In this document: piece by piece, positions 50,343-60,560 of the stretch
Layout: each line of letters starts with the position of its first letter
How positions within the stretch are numbered: the first letter of the stretch is position 1
From: Smithellaceae bacterium
Lineage (GTDB): Bacteria; Desulfobacterota; Syntrophia; Syntrophales; Smithellaceae
Direction of reading: 5' to 3'
NCBI GenBank assembly: GCA_963667845.2
Contig: CAXXVL010000002.1
Span: 1 to 64,000 of the forward strand
DNA length: 64,000 bases
Translations under genes and position numbers: made by a program
Notes under the pieces: generated by a model
Seen by the model: only the letters and a program-made list of their open reading frames with translations
Told to the model about the DNA's origin: nothing
Database searches by the model: none

Positions 50343-51134
50343 TCAAGGGCAATAACGCTTGCCTTTAGCCATTTCCGACAATTTGCAATCTCCCAATGTG
50401 CAGGCCTTTTGTATATCACGGCAGAAAAGCTTTTTGTTGCCCAGCATAAAATAAGCACCCGCCCGGTTGGTATAGTACAAGGCGTCGTCCGGCTTCAGGT
50501 TGATGGCCTCGTTAAAATCCTTTATGGCATGCTGCAGTTTGCCAAGGTTATCATACGCTATCCCCCTATTGTAATAGAGCGTGGCATCTTTCGGCTTCAG
50601 TCTGATGGCCTTGCTGAAATCATCAACAGCATGCTGGTACTGACCGAGGTGATTATAGGCATTTCCCTTGTTGTTGTAGGCTTCGGAAAAATCCGGCTGC
50701 AGGCGTATGGCCTCGTTATAATCATTAATGGCCCGCTGATACTGGTCGAGCTTAGCGTAAGCAATTCCCCGGTTGCTGTAACTCTCAGCAAAATCCGGCT
50801 TCAGGCGTATAGCCTCGTTATAATCGTCAATGGCACGCTGATACTGGCCGAGTTTAGCGTAAGCAATTCCGCGGTTACTGTAAACCTCAGCTGAATCGGG
50901 TTTCAGGCGTATCGCCTCGTTATATTCTTCAATGGCCCGCTGATACTGGCCGCGCTTATTGTAAGCAATCCCCCGGTTGCTGTAGGCGATGGAATCATCC
51001 GGCCCCAGCTTAACAGCAGCATCAGGTTTCGGTTTATAGGCTTCATCAGGTTTCAGCCCAGCAGCATTGTTCAAATCCGAGCAGGAACAAAGAAACGTTA
51101 GAACAAGAAAGATGGCAACGATAATTTTGCGCAT
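50343..51134 (-). CDS. TPR-repeat lipoprotein
   Basis: Signal peptide with Cys; tandem 34-aa repeats YSNRGIAY.KLGQYQRAI.DYNEAIRLKPD. Confidence 0.9.
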   Translation of the reverse strand: MRKIIVAIFLVLTFLCSCSDLNNAAGLKPDEAYKPKPDAAVKLGPDDSIAYSNRGIAYNKRGQYQRAIEEYNEAIRLKPDSAEVYSNRGIAYAKLGQYQRAIDDYNEAIRLKPDFAESYSNRGIAYAKLDQYQRAINDYNEAIRLQPDFSEAYNNKGNAYNHLGQYQHAVDDFSKAIRLKPKDATLYYNRGIAYDNLGKLQHAIKDFNEAINLKPDDALYYTNRAGAYFMLGNKKLFCRDIQKACTLGDCKLSEMAKGKRYCP

Positions 51135-51236
51135 ATCAGCTCCGTTTGTTGGTAGCATTGTTATCCTATGAAGACGGCGCCGAATGCTTTTTCGGCATGA
51201 ATGATCGAATGCGTCACTTTCTGCACTCTCCTGAGA

Positions 51237-51431
51237 CTAGCCGAGAAAAAACCAGTAGAGCAACGCCGCCATCGAGAGAGTAAGCCCCACCACGGCGAGC
51301 CAGGCGGGACGGATAACCCGGGTACCCTTGGACCGTTCCCACTCCCGAATCTTCTGACTTTTCTTTTTACCCTTGTTGTCGTGTTTTCTTTCTGTCTTCT
51401 TTTGCAGGTCTTTTTTTTGCTTGTGGTCCAC
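51237..51431 (-). CDS. Small basic protein with C-terminal TM segment
   Basis: 64 aa, Lys-rich N-terminus and hydrophobic tail. Confidence 0.5.
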   Translation of the reverse strand: MDHKQKKDLQKKTERKHDNKGKKKSQKIREWERSKGTRVIRPAWLAVVGLTLSMAALLYWFFLG

Positions 51432-51602
51432 GGATTCACCCCCGAGGGAACGTTCTGAGTTTTGATCAAACCAAAGAGTTACTTATCAGTGAAGATCAAC
51501 AACCGTTACCACTATGTTCTTTTTCCTGAGAATAGATACTATTATTCTCTTGACCGTCAGCCTTCTGTTGCATGTCGATCTGTCAGGATTGTCCGGTTCG
51601 GC

Positions 51603-52853
51603 TCAGGCTTGCTTCTCAGCTCTGCTCGGTGCCTCAACTTTTGCCGGCGCACATTTTTCCTCTTTATGCCGATCGGCCGAGATCTCGACAGCGATGGCGG
51701 CAGCCTGCTCGGCCGGCATGCCTTCGGCCCGGCGCTCATACTCCTCTTCGCCGCGCTCATCTCGTTCCTTAATCTCCACATCTTCCGCCTGCTCCTGCTG
51801 CCCGGGCAGCTCAATGCGCAGTTCCTCGATGAGCATCCGTGCCGTCGCCGCCACCGGAAGGGCAAGAAGCGCCCCGACGACGCCGTATAAAATGCCTCCC
51901 GACAAAAGCGACAAAAGGATCACGGACGACGGGAGCCGCAACGCCCGCCCATAGACCCGGGGAATGATTATACGGCTCTCGAGTTCCTCGTAGACAAGCA
52001 TCAGCAGAAGTACAACGATAATGACGACAGGGCCGCGAGAAAGAGCCGCCGCCACTGCAGCGCCCACCGAAAACAGTGGACCGATATAAGGCAGGATGTC
52101 GGCAACGCCCGCAAACACTGCGATGGGCAGGGCGTTTTGAACACCGCAGGCCATCAGGAGAATGTACACGAAGACGCCCATGAAAGCACAGGTGATCACC
52201 TGCCCGCGGATATAAGCACCGACGATGGTTTCCAGATTCAGCATGATCCGGGAAAGCCGGATGTGGTGTGACCGGGGCACCAGCAGAAAGATGCCTCCGC
52301 GCAGCCGATCCCGGTCGATCATGATGTATAGCGCGAGGAATACGGAACTCAGGATGTACGCGATGATCTCGACGGCACGTGTGGAGATCTCAAGGGCATT
52401 CGAGGTGACCATCTTTACAAGATCGCCGGAGTGCACTTTGCGAAGCATTTCCGCCAGAGGGCTGGTCAGATGGGAGCCGGCCAGCCACTTTGTCAGGCGT
52501 GCCCGCAGAGCGGGTTCCTGGTCCACAAGGCTTGTCAACTGCTCAATCAGCGATGGAATGGTCATTGTGATGAAAAGAACGGTAACTGCCAGAAGCGCTG
52601 TGAAAACGATCGCAATGCTCAAACCCCGGCGCAGGTGCCGCGCTTCGAACCACTCGACCGCGGGGCTTATGGAGCAGACGATAATGAGGGCCGCTACAAG
52701 TGCCAGAACCACCGGCAGAAGCTGGTTCAGCAACCACAGACCGGCGATAATGAGCAGCACAGTGATAATGGCGCCGATAGAAGGCTCGATACGAATCACG
52801 CGGCGGCGCTTTCGCCCGGGGGAAGATCCGGAGGAAACCTGATCAGGCATCAT
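51603..52853 (-). CDS. AI-2E family transporter
   Basis: Multiple TM segments; YIRGQ, LPYIGP, E...IPRVYG, G..GALLALP. Confidence 0.88.
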   Translation of the reverse strand: MMPDQVSSGSSPGRKRRRVIRIEPSIGAIITVLLIIAGLWLLNQLLPVVLALVAALIIVCSISPAVEWFEARHLRRGLSIAIVFTALLAVTVLFITMTIPSLIEQLTSLVDQEPALRARLTKWLAGSHLTSPLAEMLRKVHSGDLVKMVTSNALEISTRAVEIIAYILSSVFLALYIMIDRDRLRGGIFLLVPRSHHIRLSRIMLNLETIVGAYIRGQVITCAFMGVFVYILLMACGVQNALPIAVFAGVADILPYIGPLFSVGAAVAAALSRGPVVIIVVLLLMLVYEELESRIIIPRVYGRALRLPSSVILLSLLSGGILYGVVGALLALPVAATARMLIEELRIELPGQQEQAEDVEIKERDERGEEEYERRAEGMPAEQAAAIAVEISADRHKEEKCAPAKVEAPSRAEKQA

Positions 52854-53002
52854 ACCGCCTCCGTTCCGGCAATTTTGTTTGATAAAAAATTGCCTGCTAC
52901 AGGCAGCAGCAAAGGAAATTCAAACTTGAATGCCAGTGCAAGAGAGGCCGCGAGGTATGGGGTGACGCAGTGATGACCATGTCGATTGTACATTGTGAGA
53001 TC

Positions 53003-53527
53003 CTAATCCAGATGCTTTGTGACGGACAGGGTTGACGGATCGCCGTCAACGTCAATTTCTTCAAAACCTATCTGTTTAATAAATTTGCGCATGGACGAGT
53101 TGCTTTTGAGTACGGAGCCGGTAATTTGTCTTACCCCGCTCACCTGGAGGTGCCTTATCAAGGCATTCATCAGTCTTGCCCCAATGCCGCGCTTTCGCCA
53201 GGCGTCCGCGACGACAATGGCAAACTCGCAGTCCGCCCGATCGGGATCGATCACGTATCGTGCCACACCGATTTCTTCTTCGCCTTTTTCTTTGCTGCGC
53301 AGGACGACCATGGCAACTGCGTTTCGGGCATCAAGTTCCGTAAAGCTCTTTAACTCTTTCTCGCTGAGGTCTTTGATCGTGCCATGAAAACGGCGGTAGC
53401 TTGATTCAGGTGATAGTCCATGCACGAACGCTTGCTCTTTGGCAGCATCGGCAGGTACGATATGGCGCAAGGTCAGCTTTTCGCCGTCCGCAAGTGTCCA
53501 GGTTCCTTCATAATCATCGTTACTCAT
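53003..53527 (-). CDS. GNAT-family N-acetyltransferase
   Basis: LSPES.YRRF, GVARY, EFAIVVAD.W.KRGIG, N..M....QIGF. Confidence 0.88.
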   Translation of the reverse strand: MSNDDYEGTWTLADGEKLTLRHIVPADAAKEQAFVHGLSPESSYRRFHGTIKDLSEKELKSFTELDARNAVAMVVLRSKEKGEEEIGVARYVIDPDRADCEFAIVVADAWRKRGIGARLMNALIRHLQVSGVRQITGSVLKSNSSMRKFIKQIGFEEIDVDGDPSTLSVTKHLD

Positions 53528-53643
53528 GATGTGGCCTGATCATCCTTTTTGGCGCAAACTTCCGTCGGGGCCAAAGGATGAAAAGACAACAGCAACTTTT
53601 TGCCGGCAAGCGCAGCTATGTCTCCGACTTTAATCGCGGCCAT
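53524..53643 (-). pseudogene. Peroxiredoxin (AhpC/TSA) remnant
   Basis: MAAIKVGDIAALAGKKLLLSFHPLAPTEVCAKKDDQATS*: PxxxTxxC motif retained, internal and C-terminal parts missing. Confidence 0.55.
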
Positions 53644-54310
53644 TTTATGTTCTCACTTTCTTCTTTTGATTTCTGAGCTCAACCACGCCTGTCGTACCAA
53701 TAAGTCATCAAGGTGGTTTGGTTTATGCTTTCTCTGAATGTTTCCCAAAATCATGTAGGATACTATTTCTTTTTCCTTGAGAATCTCTTGTCTGGTCATT
53801 TTTACGCCCTCAATTTATTGTTAAAAAATACAAACCCTACTCCATCTCAGTGGAACCGGACAATGAAGCAATCGCCTTTGACAATTCAATGCGCGCTTCA
53901 GAATAACCCTCAACTTATGGTGACATGATCATGGTAACGCAAATAGCCTGCCAATAACTGAAGGAGTGTCTGTAGTTTCTAACTAACCACGTGACAACAT
54001 ACCCTTAGAGCAATAAAAACAAATGGTGGGAAATATGAAATGATCCGTTTGGCCTCCATATCCGGTGGGGCCTCAGTATATTGAGGGGTACTGAAGGAAA
54101 CAGTGTTTTGTTTCAGGGTCGGTATAACGCGACATCACCGGCTGCGCCGGCCTGCAGTGGCGCGAGGTGACACGCGCATAATTAATAATCCGGGATGGCT
54201 ATCCCTAATGATCACTTGAAGAAAACGTAGCAAGGATAATACCGTTGTGTTAAATTTTGAGGAGATAGAGTTTTAAAGGCTGACAACAAATTAATTTAAG
54301 GAGGGAAACC

Positions 54311-55237
54311 ATGACGAAAGCAAAACGAATTACTGCAGTGACTATCTTTCTCTTCATGCTGATTCTTACGTTTGTTGTATCTTCCATAGCCCAGACGCCT
54401 GAAGGGTTTGTGGTCACAATCATCGGGTCTGGAAACCCTCTGCTTTCCGCTGAGAGAGCTAATCCCAGCACGCTTGTGCAATACAAAGATAAACAGTTTC
54501 TGGTCGACTGCGGCACCGGGTCAATAACAAGCCTGCTGAAGCTAAATATAGAGCCCGGCAAAATAAAAAACATGCTCTTCACCCATCATCACTGCGACCA
54601 CAACGCCGACTACTGGGCCTTCGTTATTGGCGGCTGGGGTTACCCGGGAGGAAGACGTCAGATGAACCTTGTTGGCCCCCCCGGCACAAAAACCCTTCAT
54701 CAAATAACCCTGGATTTCTATAAGACGGATTTAGACTACCGCATGAATGTCATCGGTATTTCGGAGGCGGGCCTGCGTTCGGATGTCACTATTAAAGAAC
54801 TGATGAGTCGCATGGAGAGCTTCGAGCTGGACGGCGTAAAGATTACAACCCTCCGGGTTCCGCATACCATCGAAACATACGCTTACCGGTTTGATGCAGG
54901 CGGGCAATCGGTTGTCATTTCCGGAGACCTCACCTATACACCTCACTTTTCGCCTTTCGCCAAAAACGCCGATATTATCGTTCTCGATGGACAGATGTCG
55001 GTTGAATTTACCAGTCTCCGGCCCGCCGCAGCAGCCCTGATAAAACGCAATCTTCTGCAGTCGCATATTTCCAATCCGGAAATTGCCAAAGTCGCCGCTG
55101 ATGCGTCGCCCAAGAAATTCATCCTCAGCCATCTTTGCGATACCATGGATTTATCCGGCAATACTAAATTATACAGGGATGCGGGTTTCAAAGGCGAGGT
55201 CATCCAAGCCTATGATGGACTGAAAATAATTCCCTAA
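54311..55237 (+). CDS. Exported MBL-fold hydrolase (RNase Z/arylsulfatase-like)
   Basis: Signal peptide; GSG.P, LVDCG, THHHCDH, ISGD, SH...LSHL. Confidence 0.88.
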   Translation: MTKAKRITAVTIFLFMLILTFVVSSIAQTPEGFVVTIIGSGNPLLSAERANPSTLVQYKDKQFLVDCGTGSITSLLKLNIEPGKIKNMLFTHHHCDHNADYWAFVIGGWGYPGGRRQMNLVGPPGTKTLHQITLDFYKTDLDYRMNVIGISEAGLRSDVTIKELMSRMESFELDGVKITTLRVPHTIETYAYRFDAGGQSVVISGDLTYTPHFSPFAKNADIIVLDGQMSVEFTSLRPAAAALIKRNLLQSHISNPEIAKVAADASPKKFILSHLCDTMDLSGNTKLYRDAGFKGEVIQAYDGLKIIP

Positions 55238-55322
55238 TTCTCCGCCGCCGGAGAGCATGCATCCTGACTGATTGATCTTCGGCGACGCAGGTGAGGAAAC
55301 ATTTCAAATGGCGGGAGGCGTG

Positions 55323-55501
55323 GTAGTTGAACCGGGGCATCCCATCGCTCAGCATGCCCTGCAACTGTGGCTCTAAGGCTCGTTACGCGACAGCCGAAAA
55401 CTCACCTTCGGCTCAGACAGTTCGGCTGTCTAATGCTCCATTTCGCCAAGAGCCACAACGTTTCGGGCATATTCGCTCACGGTATGCCCCGGTTCAACTA
55501 C
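55323..55501. repeat. 179-bp long palindromic element (REPIN/MITE-like)
   Basis: Perfect 18-bp terminal inverted repeat GTAGTTGAACCGGGGCAT plus nested arms TGTGGCTCT/AGAGCCACA and GACAGCCGAA/TTCGGCTGTC. Confidence 0.8.
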
Positions 55502-56181
55502 TGTTTTTTCTTGCAATGTAGTTTTGAAGTAGTATTATTCGTCTCGCATCACGTACTAAGCATCATGCATCAAGAAATAATTATTTAATGTTAATTGGGA
55601 GATTGAAAACCAATATTTCAAGACCTTGACCTTACCCCCGGAAAGTGATCCATTTTCAATTTTTTGAGTACTTCCTGATAATGAAATCAGAAAGAGATTG
55701 TGAAGACTAGAGGGGATGTACTTCAAAATATATCAATCCACTTCATTCAATCAGGTATGAATATCAGGACACAGAGAGATATTCTATAATGTTCCCGCTA
55801 AGAGAAACATCCTTTTTTTAAAAGGGCAACAATATCGGTAAAGTAAATTTCAAGCTTCTTTTCAGGCACATGCCTGCCCGCTCTCTCACGCCTTTGGCCG
55901 GCTCATCCGCACGTGCTACGTGCAAAGATCGTCGATCCCCAGACCGATGCCACGCTTCGACCGTCACTACCGCTGCTTTGTCCTCTGGTCTTTTATGAGA
56001 TTTGATTAACTTGAACGGTTCTAATTGTTCAGACTGCTCAGGATACTGTCAATTTCATCCTGTGATTTGATGTCCGGGGGGGAGAGCTCGACGGCCGCCA
56101 TGCAGATGTCGATCCTCTTGGCGATAGCGCGGATCTTCTACTCGATGTTCAAGTCCAACAATGACAACCTTCGGGTATCAA

Positions 56182-56817
56182 TCACCTGATAAAGTGAGTA
56201 AATATTTTCTCTTCTTTCCGGGGCGGCTCAATTTTACCTGCTGTGGCTTCTTTCATCTTTAACAACCATGCCATATTCTTACCCAAAACACTCATGATCT
56301 GTGCGCCTTCGCCATCCTTTATTGCTTCGCCGGGAGTTCTGCCATGTATCACATTCCAATACCTGGATGTTGCAATGATCATTTCGGAATAAGTGAGATA
56401 ATGGTTCAGACTATCGAAAGTAACAGAACCGCCTGTTCTTCTGACTGCTACAACTGCTGCCGCAACTTTATGACGAAATAAATTCCCATTCGATCCGGCG
56501 ACAAAAAACATACGGTCCAGGAAACTTTTCATCGTACCCGGTATACCCGAATAATAGACAGGTGAGCCCAAAATAATGCCATCGGCCGGCTTTACTATTT
56601 GTAAGCAATCATTCAGTTCATCAGATTTAATAGAGCATTTTTCATCCATATTTATGGAACATTTCCCGCAAGCAATACAGCCATGGATCATCTTATGACC
56701 GATGTGGAGTATCTCAAACTCTATACCAGCGGCTTTGAGTTCACTGCCGACCATGCTCAGGGCATGAAAAGTATTCCCTTCTTTGTTGGGGCTTCCGTTT
56801 ATTGCTATTACTTTCAA
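56182..56817 (-). CDS. Flavodoxin-family protein (iron-sulfur flavoprotein-like)
   Basis: NGSPNKEGNT, CIACGKC....C, GSPVYY. Confidence 0.9.
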   Translation of the reverse strand: MKVIAINGSPNKEGNTFHALSMVGSELKAAGIEFEILHIGHKMIHGCIACGKCSINMDEKCSIKSDELNDCLQIVKPADGIILGSPVYYSGIPGTMKSFLDRMFFVAGSNGNLFRHKVAAAVVAVRRTGGSVTFDSLNHYLTYSEMIIATSRYWNVIHGRTPGEAIKDGEGAQIMSVLGKNMAWLLKMKEATAGKIEPPRKEEKIFTHFIR

Positions 56818-57300
56818 TGTTTTCAGGGCCTCTTTTACTTTCTAATGTTGATAAGATATTATTCTCGTTTGTTTTGGGGAATGTAGGCCAAGACGCTCTC
56901 CTGTGTCAAGAAGAAACCATTATAATTATTCGGACATTGCGGAATGAAGCCTACCCATTCGATCAGCCATACACGTCTTGAAAGTCATCCCTGTTTATCC
57001 TACACCATGCAGAAGATCTCTCTATGAACGACCCGGGAAGGTTCAAGAGGGTGTCCTTAAGATACAGTAAGAAGTTTCTCTCATTTATTGATGAGACGTT
57101 AGCAGGATTATTCATATTGACAATGAGCAGCCGAATCGTCGTCTCTTTGATTCCGGCGCAATGGCAGGCCGGACGCGATGTATTTCCGGAGAGGGTATGC
57201 TCTTCCCGATTTCCGCTTGACAGCATCTTTTCGCTTCGTCATACTTCGCCCTGCGGACAATTGACGTATTGCTAAACCGATTGCCGACGGGAGGTTGAAC

Positions 57301-57702
57301 ATGGCCAGATATAAAATTGAGTTTGAGATCGTGGAGGGCAAAGGGGGCCAGCTCAAGAAAGACGGCAAGCGCATCATTTTGCCCCCCGATATGGTCCAGC
57401 AGGGCATTTGCGAGTGGATGTACCGCGGCGATGGAGAGAACAGCTACGAGGCGGGGCAGCGATTTGCTTATCCCCGGGACATCGGCAAACTGTGTCCCTG
57501 GCTGCTCGGCTCTTTGCAGAATTTTATTCAGGCGCTCGGCCACGGGGGCATCCTGGATTGGACATACGAAGGAACTCCGTACGAAAAGACGATTGATCCC
57601 GACGCGATAACGACGGAGTTTATCCGCTGTCCCGATCCGACACCGGCGGGCATCGTGGTCAAGCTGATCAGAACCAGGCTGCCCGACCATCCCAAAACCT
57701 GA
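57301..57702 (+). CDS. Conserved hypothetical protein, resembling the TIGR04076 family
   Basis: GGAGG RBS; C...G..F, LCPW, CPDP...VVKLIR. Confidence 0.65.
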   Translation: MARYKIEFEIVEGKGGQLKKDGKRIILPPDMVQQGICEWMYRGDGENSYEAGQRFAYPRDIGKLCPWLLGSLQNFIQALGHGGILDWTYEGTPYEKTIDPDAITTEFIRCPDPTPAGIVVKLIRTRLPDHPKT

Positions 57703-57864
57703 CGGACAAAACACCGCTGGGTTCATGCTTTCCGTGGGCAAACAAGGGGGCCTATAATGTTCCCCCAATTCCTTTAAGAAATAGTAAAGAACGTTGAATA
57801 GTCCCATTCAGATAAGAAGCCTTAAAGAATGCTTTTGGCTGTGCATAATAAAGAAGGAGGCATA

Positions 57865-58080
57865 ATGATAACATCAGTGGGAAATGCAAAAGAAAAATGG
57901 TGCCCGTTTGCTAGAGGACAGGCTTCCCCTCGAGAAAACGCAGCCGGAACATGTCTTGGACCAGACTGCATGATGTGGCGTTTTTGGGTCCCGCTTCCGG
58001 ACATAAGAACGGAAAAAGTTAGGCACGGCATAAAGGATTCGGCTAAGAAAGGATATTGCGGACTATCAGGGACATATTAA
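57865..58080 (+). CDS. Small Cys-rich hypothetical protein
   Basis: AAGGAGG RBS; WCPFAR...CLGPDCMMWR...GYCGLSG. Confidence 0.65.
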   Translation: MITSVGNAKEKWCPFARGQASPRENAAGTCLGPDCMMWRFWVPLPDIRTEKVRHGIKDSAKKGYCGLSGTY

Positions 58081-58554
58081 TGGATATTTTGAAGGGAACG
58101 TTGTCGTCGAATGCGACTTCCTGAATCCCTTGAGTTACACTTCCCGGCGTCTCGATTGAGATGCCGGGCCGCATAGGAAGTGCGTGTCGGACACGGGCCG
58201 TGTCCGCATGCTGCATGACAACCGGGGAACATATCCGGCGAGGTAGCGGGACATCTTATAATGTTCCCGCCAAGAGAAAAAAAGCATTTTTAAAAATGCA
58301 ATATTCTCTGCTAAGTAAAATTCACTCCTTTTTCTGAATGCTGAGTGCACGTCCGCCTTTCGCCTGCGGGGCAGACGTGCTGGTCTGTTTCCCGATGACA
58401 TACAATAGAACACACAGCGGAAGCATTGTTAGTTAGGGGCAGCGCCTTGTCATATCTATTACCGGCATCACCCTCGCCTTTGACCGGCTTATCCATGTGT
58501 GCTATGCACAAAGCGGCTAGTAAAAAATTACTTAAGCGAAAGGAATAAAGTATT

Positions 58555-59343
58555 ATGGATCTTTCACAGTTTTCTCTCGAAGGAAAAGTTGCCGTGGTCA
58601 CCGGAGGAAGCCGGGGCATCGGCCGCGCCGCAGCGTTGGCGATGGCTGACGCCGGCGCAAACGTTGTGGTGAGCAGCCGGAAAATCGCCGATCTCGAACC
58701 CGTTGCCGCGGAGATATCGGCCAAAGGCGTCAAAGGCAGGGCCATTGCGGCCCATGTCGGCAAGATGGATGATTCCAAAGCACTGATTGATCAGGTGATG
58801 AAGGAATTCGGCCGTATCGACGTTCTCTTTAATAACGCCGGCACCAATCCTTATTACGGACCGATGATGGACCAGGATGAAAAAACCTACGACATCACCA
58901 TGAACGTCAATGTGAAGAGCCTCTTCTTTCTGAGCCAGATGGCGGCAAAGATTATGAAGGCGCAGGGCGGCGGATCGATCATCAACACATCCTCCATCGG
59001 TGGAATCCGGGCGGGCGAGTTGGGCGTCTATTGCGCCACCAAGGCCGCCGTCATCATGCTCACCGAAACGATGGCCAAGGAATGGGGGCAGTACAACATT
59101 CGCGTCAACGCCATCGCCCCGGGCATCATCAAAACGCGTCTCAGCGAAGCCTTGTGGAAAAATCCCGAAGTCAATGCCAGGGCCATCTCCCAGATCCCTC
59201 TCCTGCGCCTGGGCGAGCCTGAGGAACTGGCCGGCATCGTCGTGTTTCTGGCCTCCAAGGCGGGGAGCTATGTCACCGGTGAAACGATTGTGGTCGACGG
59301 CGGCCGCGTTCACAATGAACCGGCCTGGCGGGAAAAGAAATAA
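58555..59343 (+). CDS. Short-chain dehydrogenase/reductase
   Basis: TGGSRGIG, NNAG, YCATK. Confidence 0.92.
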   Translation: MDLSQFSLEGKVAVVTGGSRGIGRAAALAMADAGANVVVSSRKIADLEPVAAEISAKGVKGRAIAAHVGKMDDSKALIDQVMKEFGRIDVLFNNAGTNPYYGPMMDQDEKTYDITMNVNVKSLFFLSQMAAKIMKAQGGGSIINTSSIGGIRAGELGVYCATKAAVIMLTETMAKEWGQYNIRVNAIAPGIIKTRLSEALWKNPEVNARAISQIPLLRLGEPEELAGIVVFLASKAGSYVTGETIVVDGGRVHNEPAWREKK

Positions 59344-59370
59344 AAAATCAGTTCGAAGTCCACATTTTTC

Positions 59371-59403
59371 AAAGGGCGCGGTCATCGGTGACCGCGCCCT
59401 TTT
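59371..59403 (+). terminator. Intrinsic terminator
   Basis: AAAGGGCGCGGTCA-TCGG-TGACCGCGCCCTTTT. Confidence 0.8.
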
Positions 59404-59454
59404 CAATATCTGCACCTGCTGCATAAAAGCTCAACCAGGGATCAAATCTTTTCG

Positions 59455-59555
59455 ATCAACCACCTGGCAGCAAACTGTCAAGGTATGAAATGAACGTCAT
59501 TATTTCGCAGCAAGCTGCGGAGAATTCACGCTCGCCCCGCCTAAGCGGGGTCAAA
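59455..59555 (+). repeat. ~100-bp three-hairpin dispersed element, copy G
   Basis: TCAACCACCTGGCAGCAAACTGTCAAGGTATGAAATGAACGTC...CCCCGCCTAAGCGGGGTCAAA. Confidence 0.9.
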
Positions 59556-60290
59556 GCCGAAAATTACGCTTTGCATGATTCGGGTGACCTGACAAATCTG
59601 CTCGACTGTCATGTAGACGCCCCGCAAGCGGTGCGTGTTTCGGCGGTATTCTCTTGCATGTTCTTCTGACCAGAAGAAGACGCTCTCTTTTCAAAATGCC
59701 TCGACGATGCTTTCATCGGGGATGCCGATCAGATCGACGTCCGGCACAAAGACGATGGGGTCGCAGTCTTCATTCGCCCGGAAACCGAGATCGCTGTCGA
59801 TCGTTAATGTCATGGGCTTTCCGCAATGGGCACATTTGGTCTCAACGGTGACGGCGAGCGGCTTATTTCTTAGTCGCCCTTGCACGAAGGGCGTCGCAAA
59901 TGCGTCAACGGCTCAGGCGGCATAAATCTGCTCGCCCGTGTCAAAGGTGACATGGTGCGGCGTTTTTTCGAGGGTCACCGGATAGGCCCACACAACGCTG
60001 CCCGCCCCATTTCTGAAGAGGAATGTCATATGTTCCTCCAGGTCATTCAGAATCCTGTTCACCTTTTCGATTGGCAGATTCAAAGCGCCGGCAATGGAAC
60101 CGGGCGAAAGCGGTTGACCCAAACCTGGAAGCTCGCGAACCACATAGTGGTGGACTCTCCGATGCTCGGCCGTCATAAACGCAAGATTAGCGGCCATTTT
60201 GGCTTTGCCTTTCGCCCGTTGTTTCTCCAGTAAGAACGGCGGAACATTGAGCATGTACCGCCACATCCCCAGCATAATTTTATTTTTCAT
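59541..60290 (-). CDS. MerB (organomercurial lyase)-like protein with two predicted selenocysteines (U126, U200), 249 aa
   Basis: AGGAGG RBS; one frame with TGA at 59913-59915 (IYAA-U-AVD) and 59691-59693 (IVEAF-U-KESVFFWS); a hairpin follows each TGA; ends at TAG 59541-59543. Confidence 0.85.
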
Positions 60291-60560
60291 CACTCCTCCT
60301 GTTTTCTTAAAACGAATCACCTGCGCGGCCAAAACGCTCTTTCTTTGCCGCCTCCCGGATGCAATCCTGCACTATGAAGCTGTAGTCGGGTCAAGCTTTT
60401 CTTTTGAGGAGAAAACAGTGTGGATATAACGAGAAGATGGATAAATAATCGGTAGTGCAGGCGGCACGGCACGAGGGCACGCATTTGGCAATATAAACGT
60501 GCCCTCGTGTTGAATGGTGTTGATGGGAACTTATGTCCGTCCTTCTTCCGGAACCTCGAC

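Noticed and set aside
50620..50990. 102-bp DNA tandem repeats
   Set aside because: Fully explained by TPR coding repeats.
54120..54190. Integron attC site (also considered at 49737-49810)
   Set aside because: Boxes do not fit RYYYAAC/GTTRRRY well, pairing is poor, and none of the recombinases was recognisable as an integron integrase.
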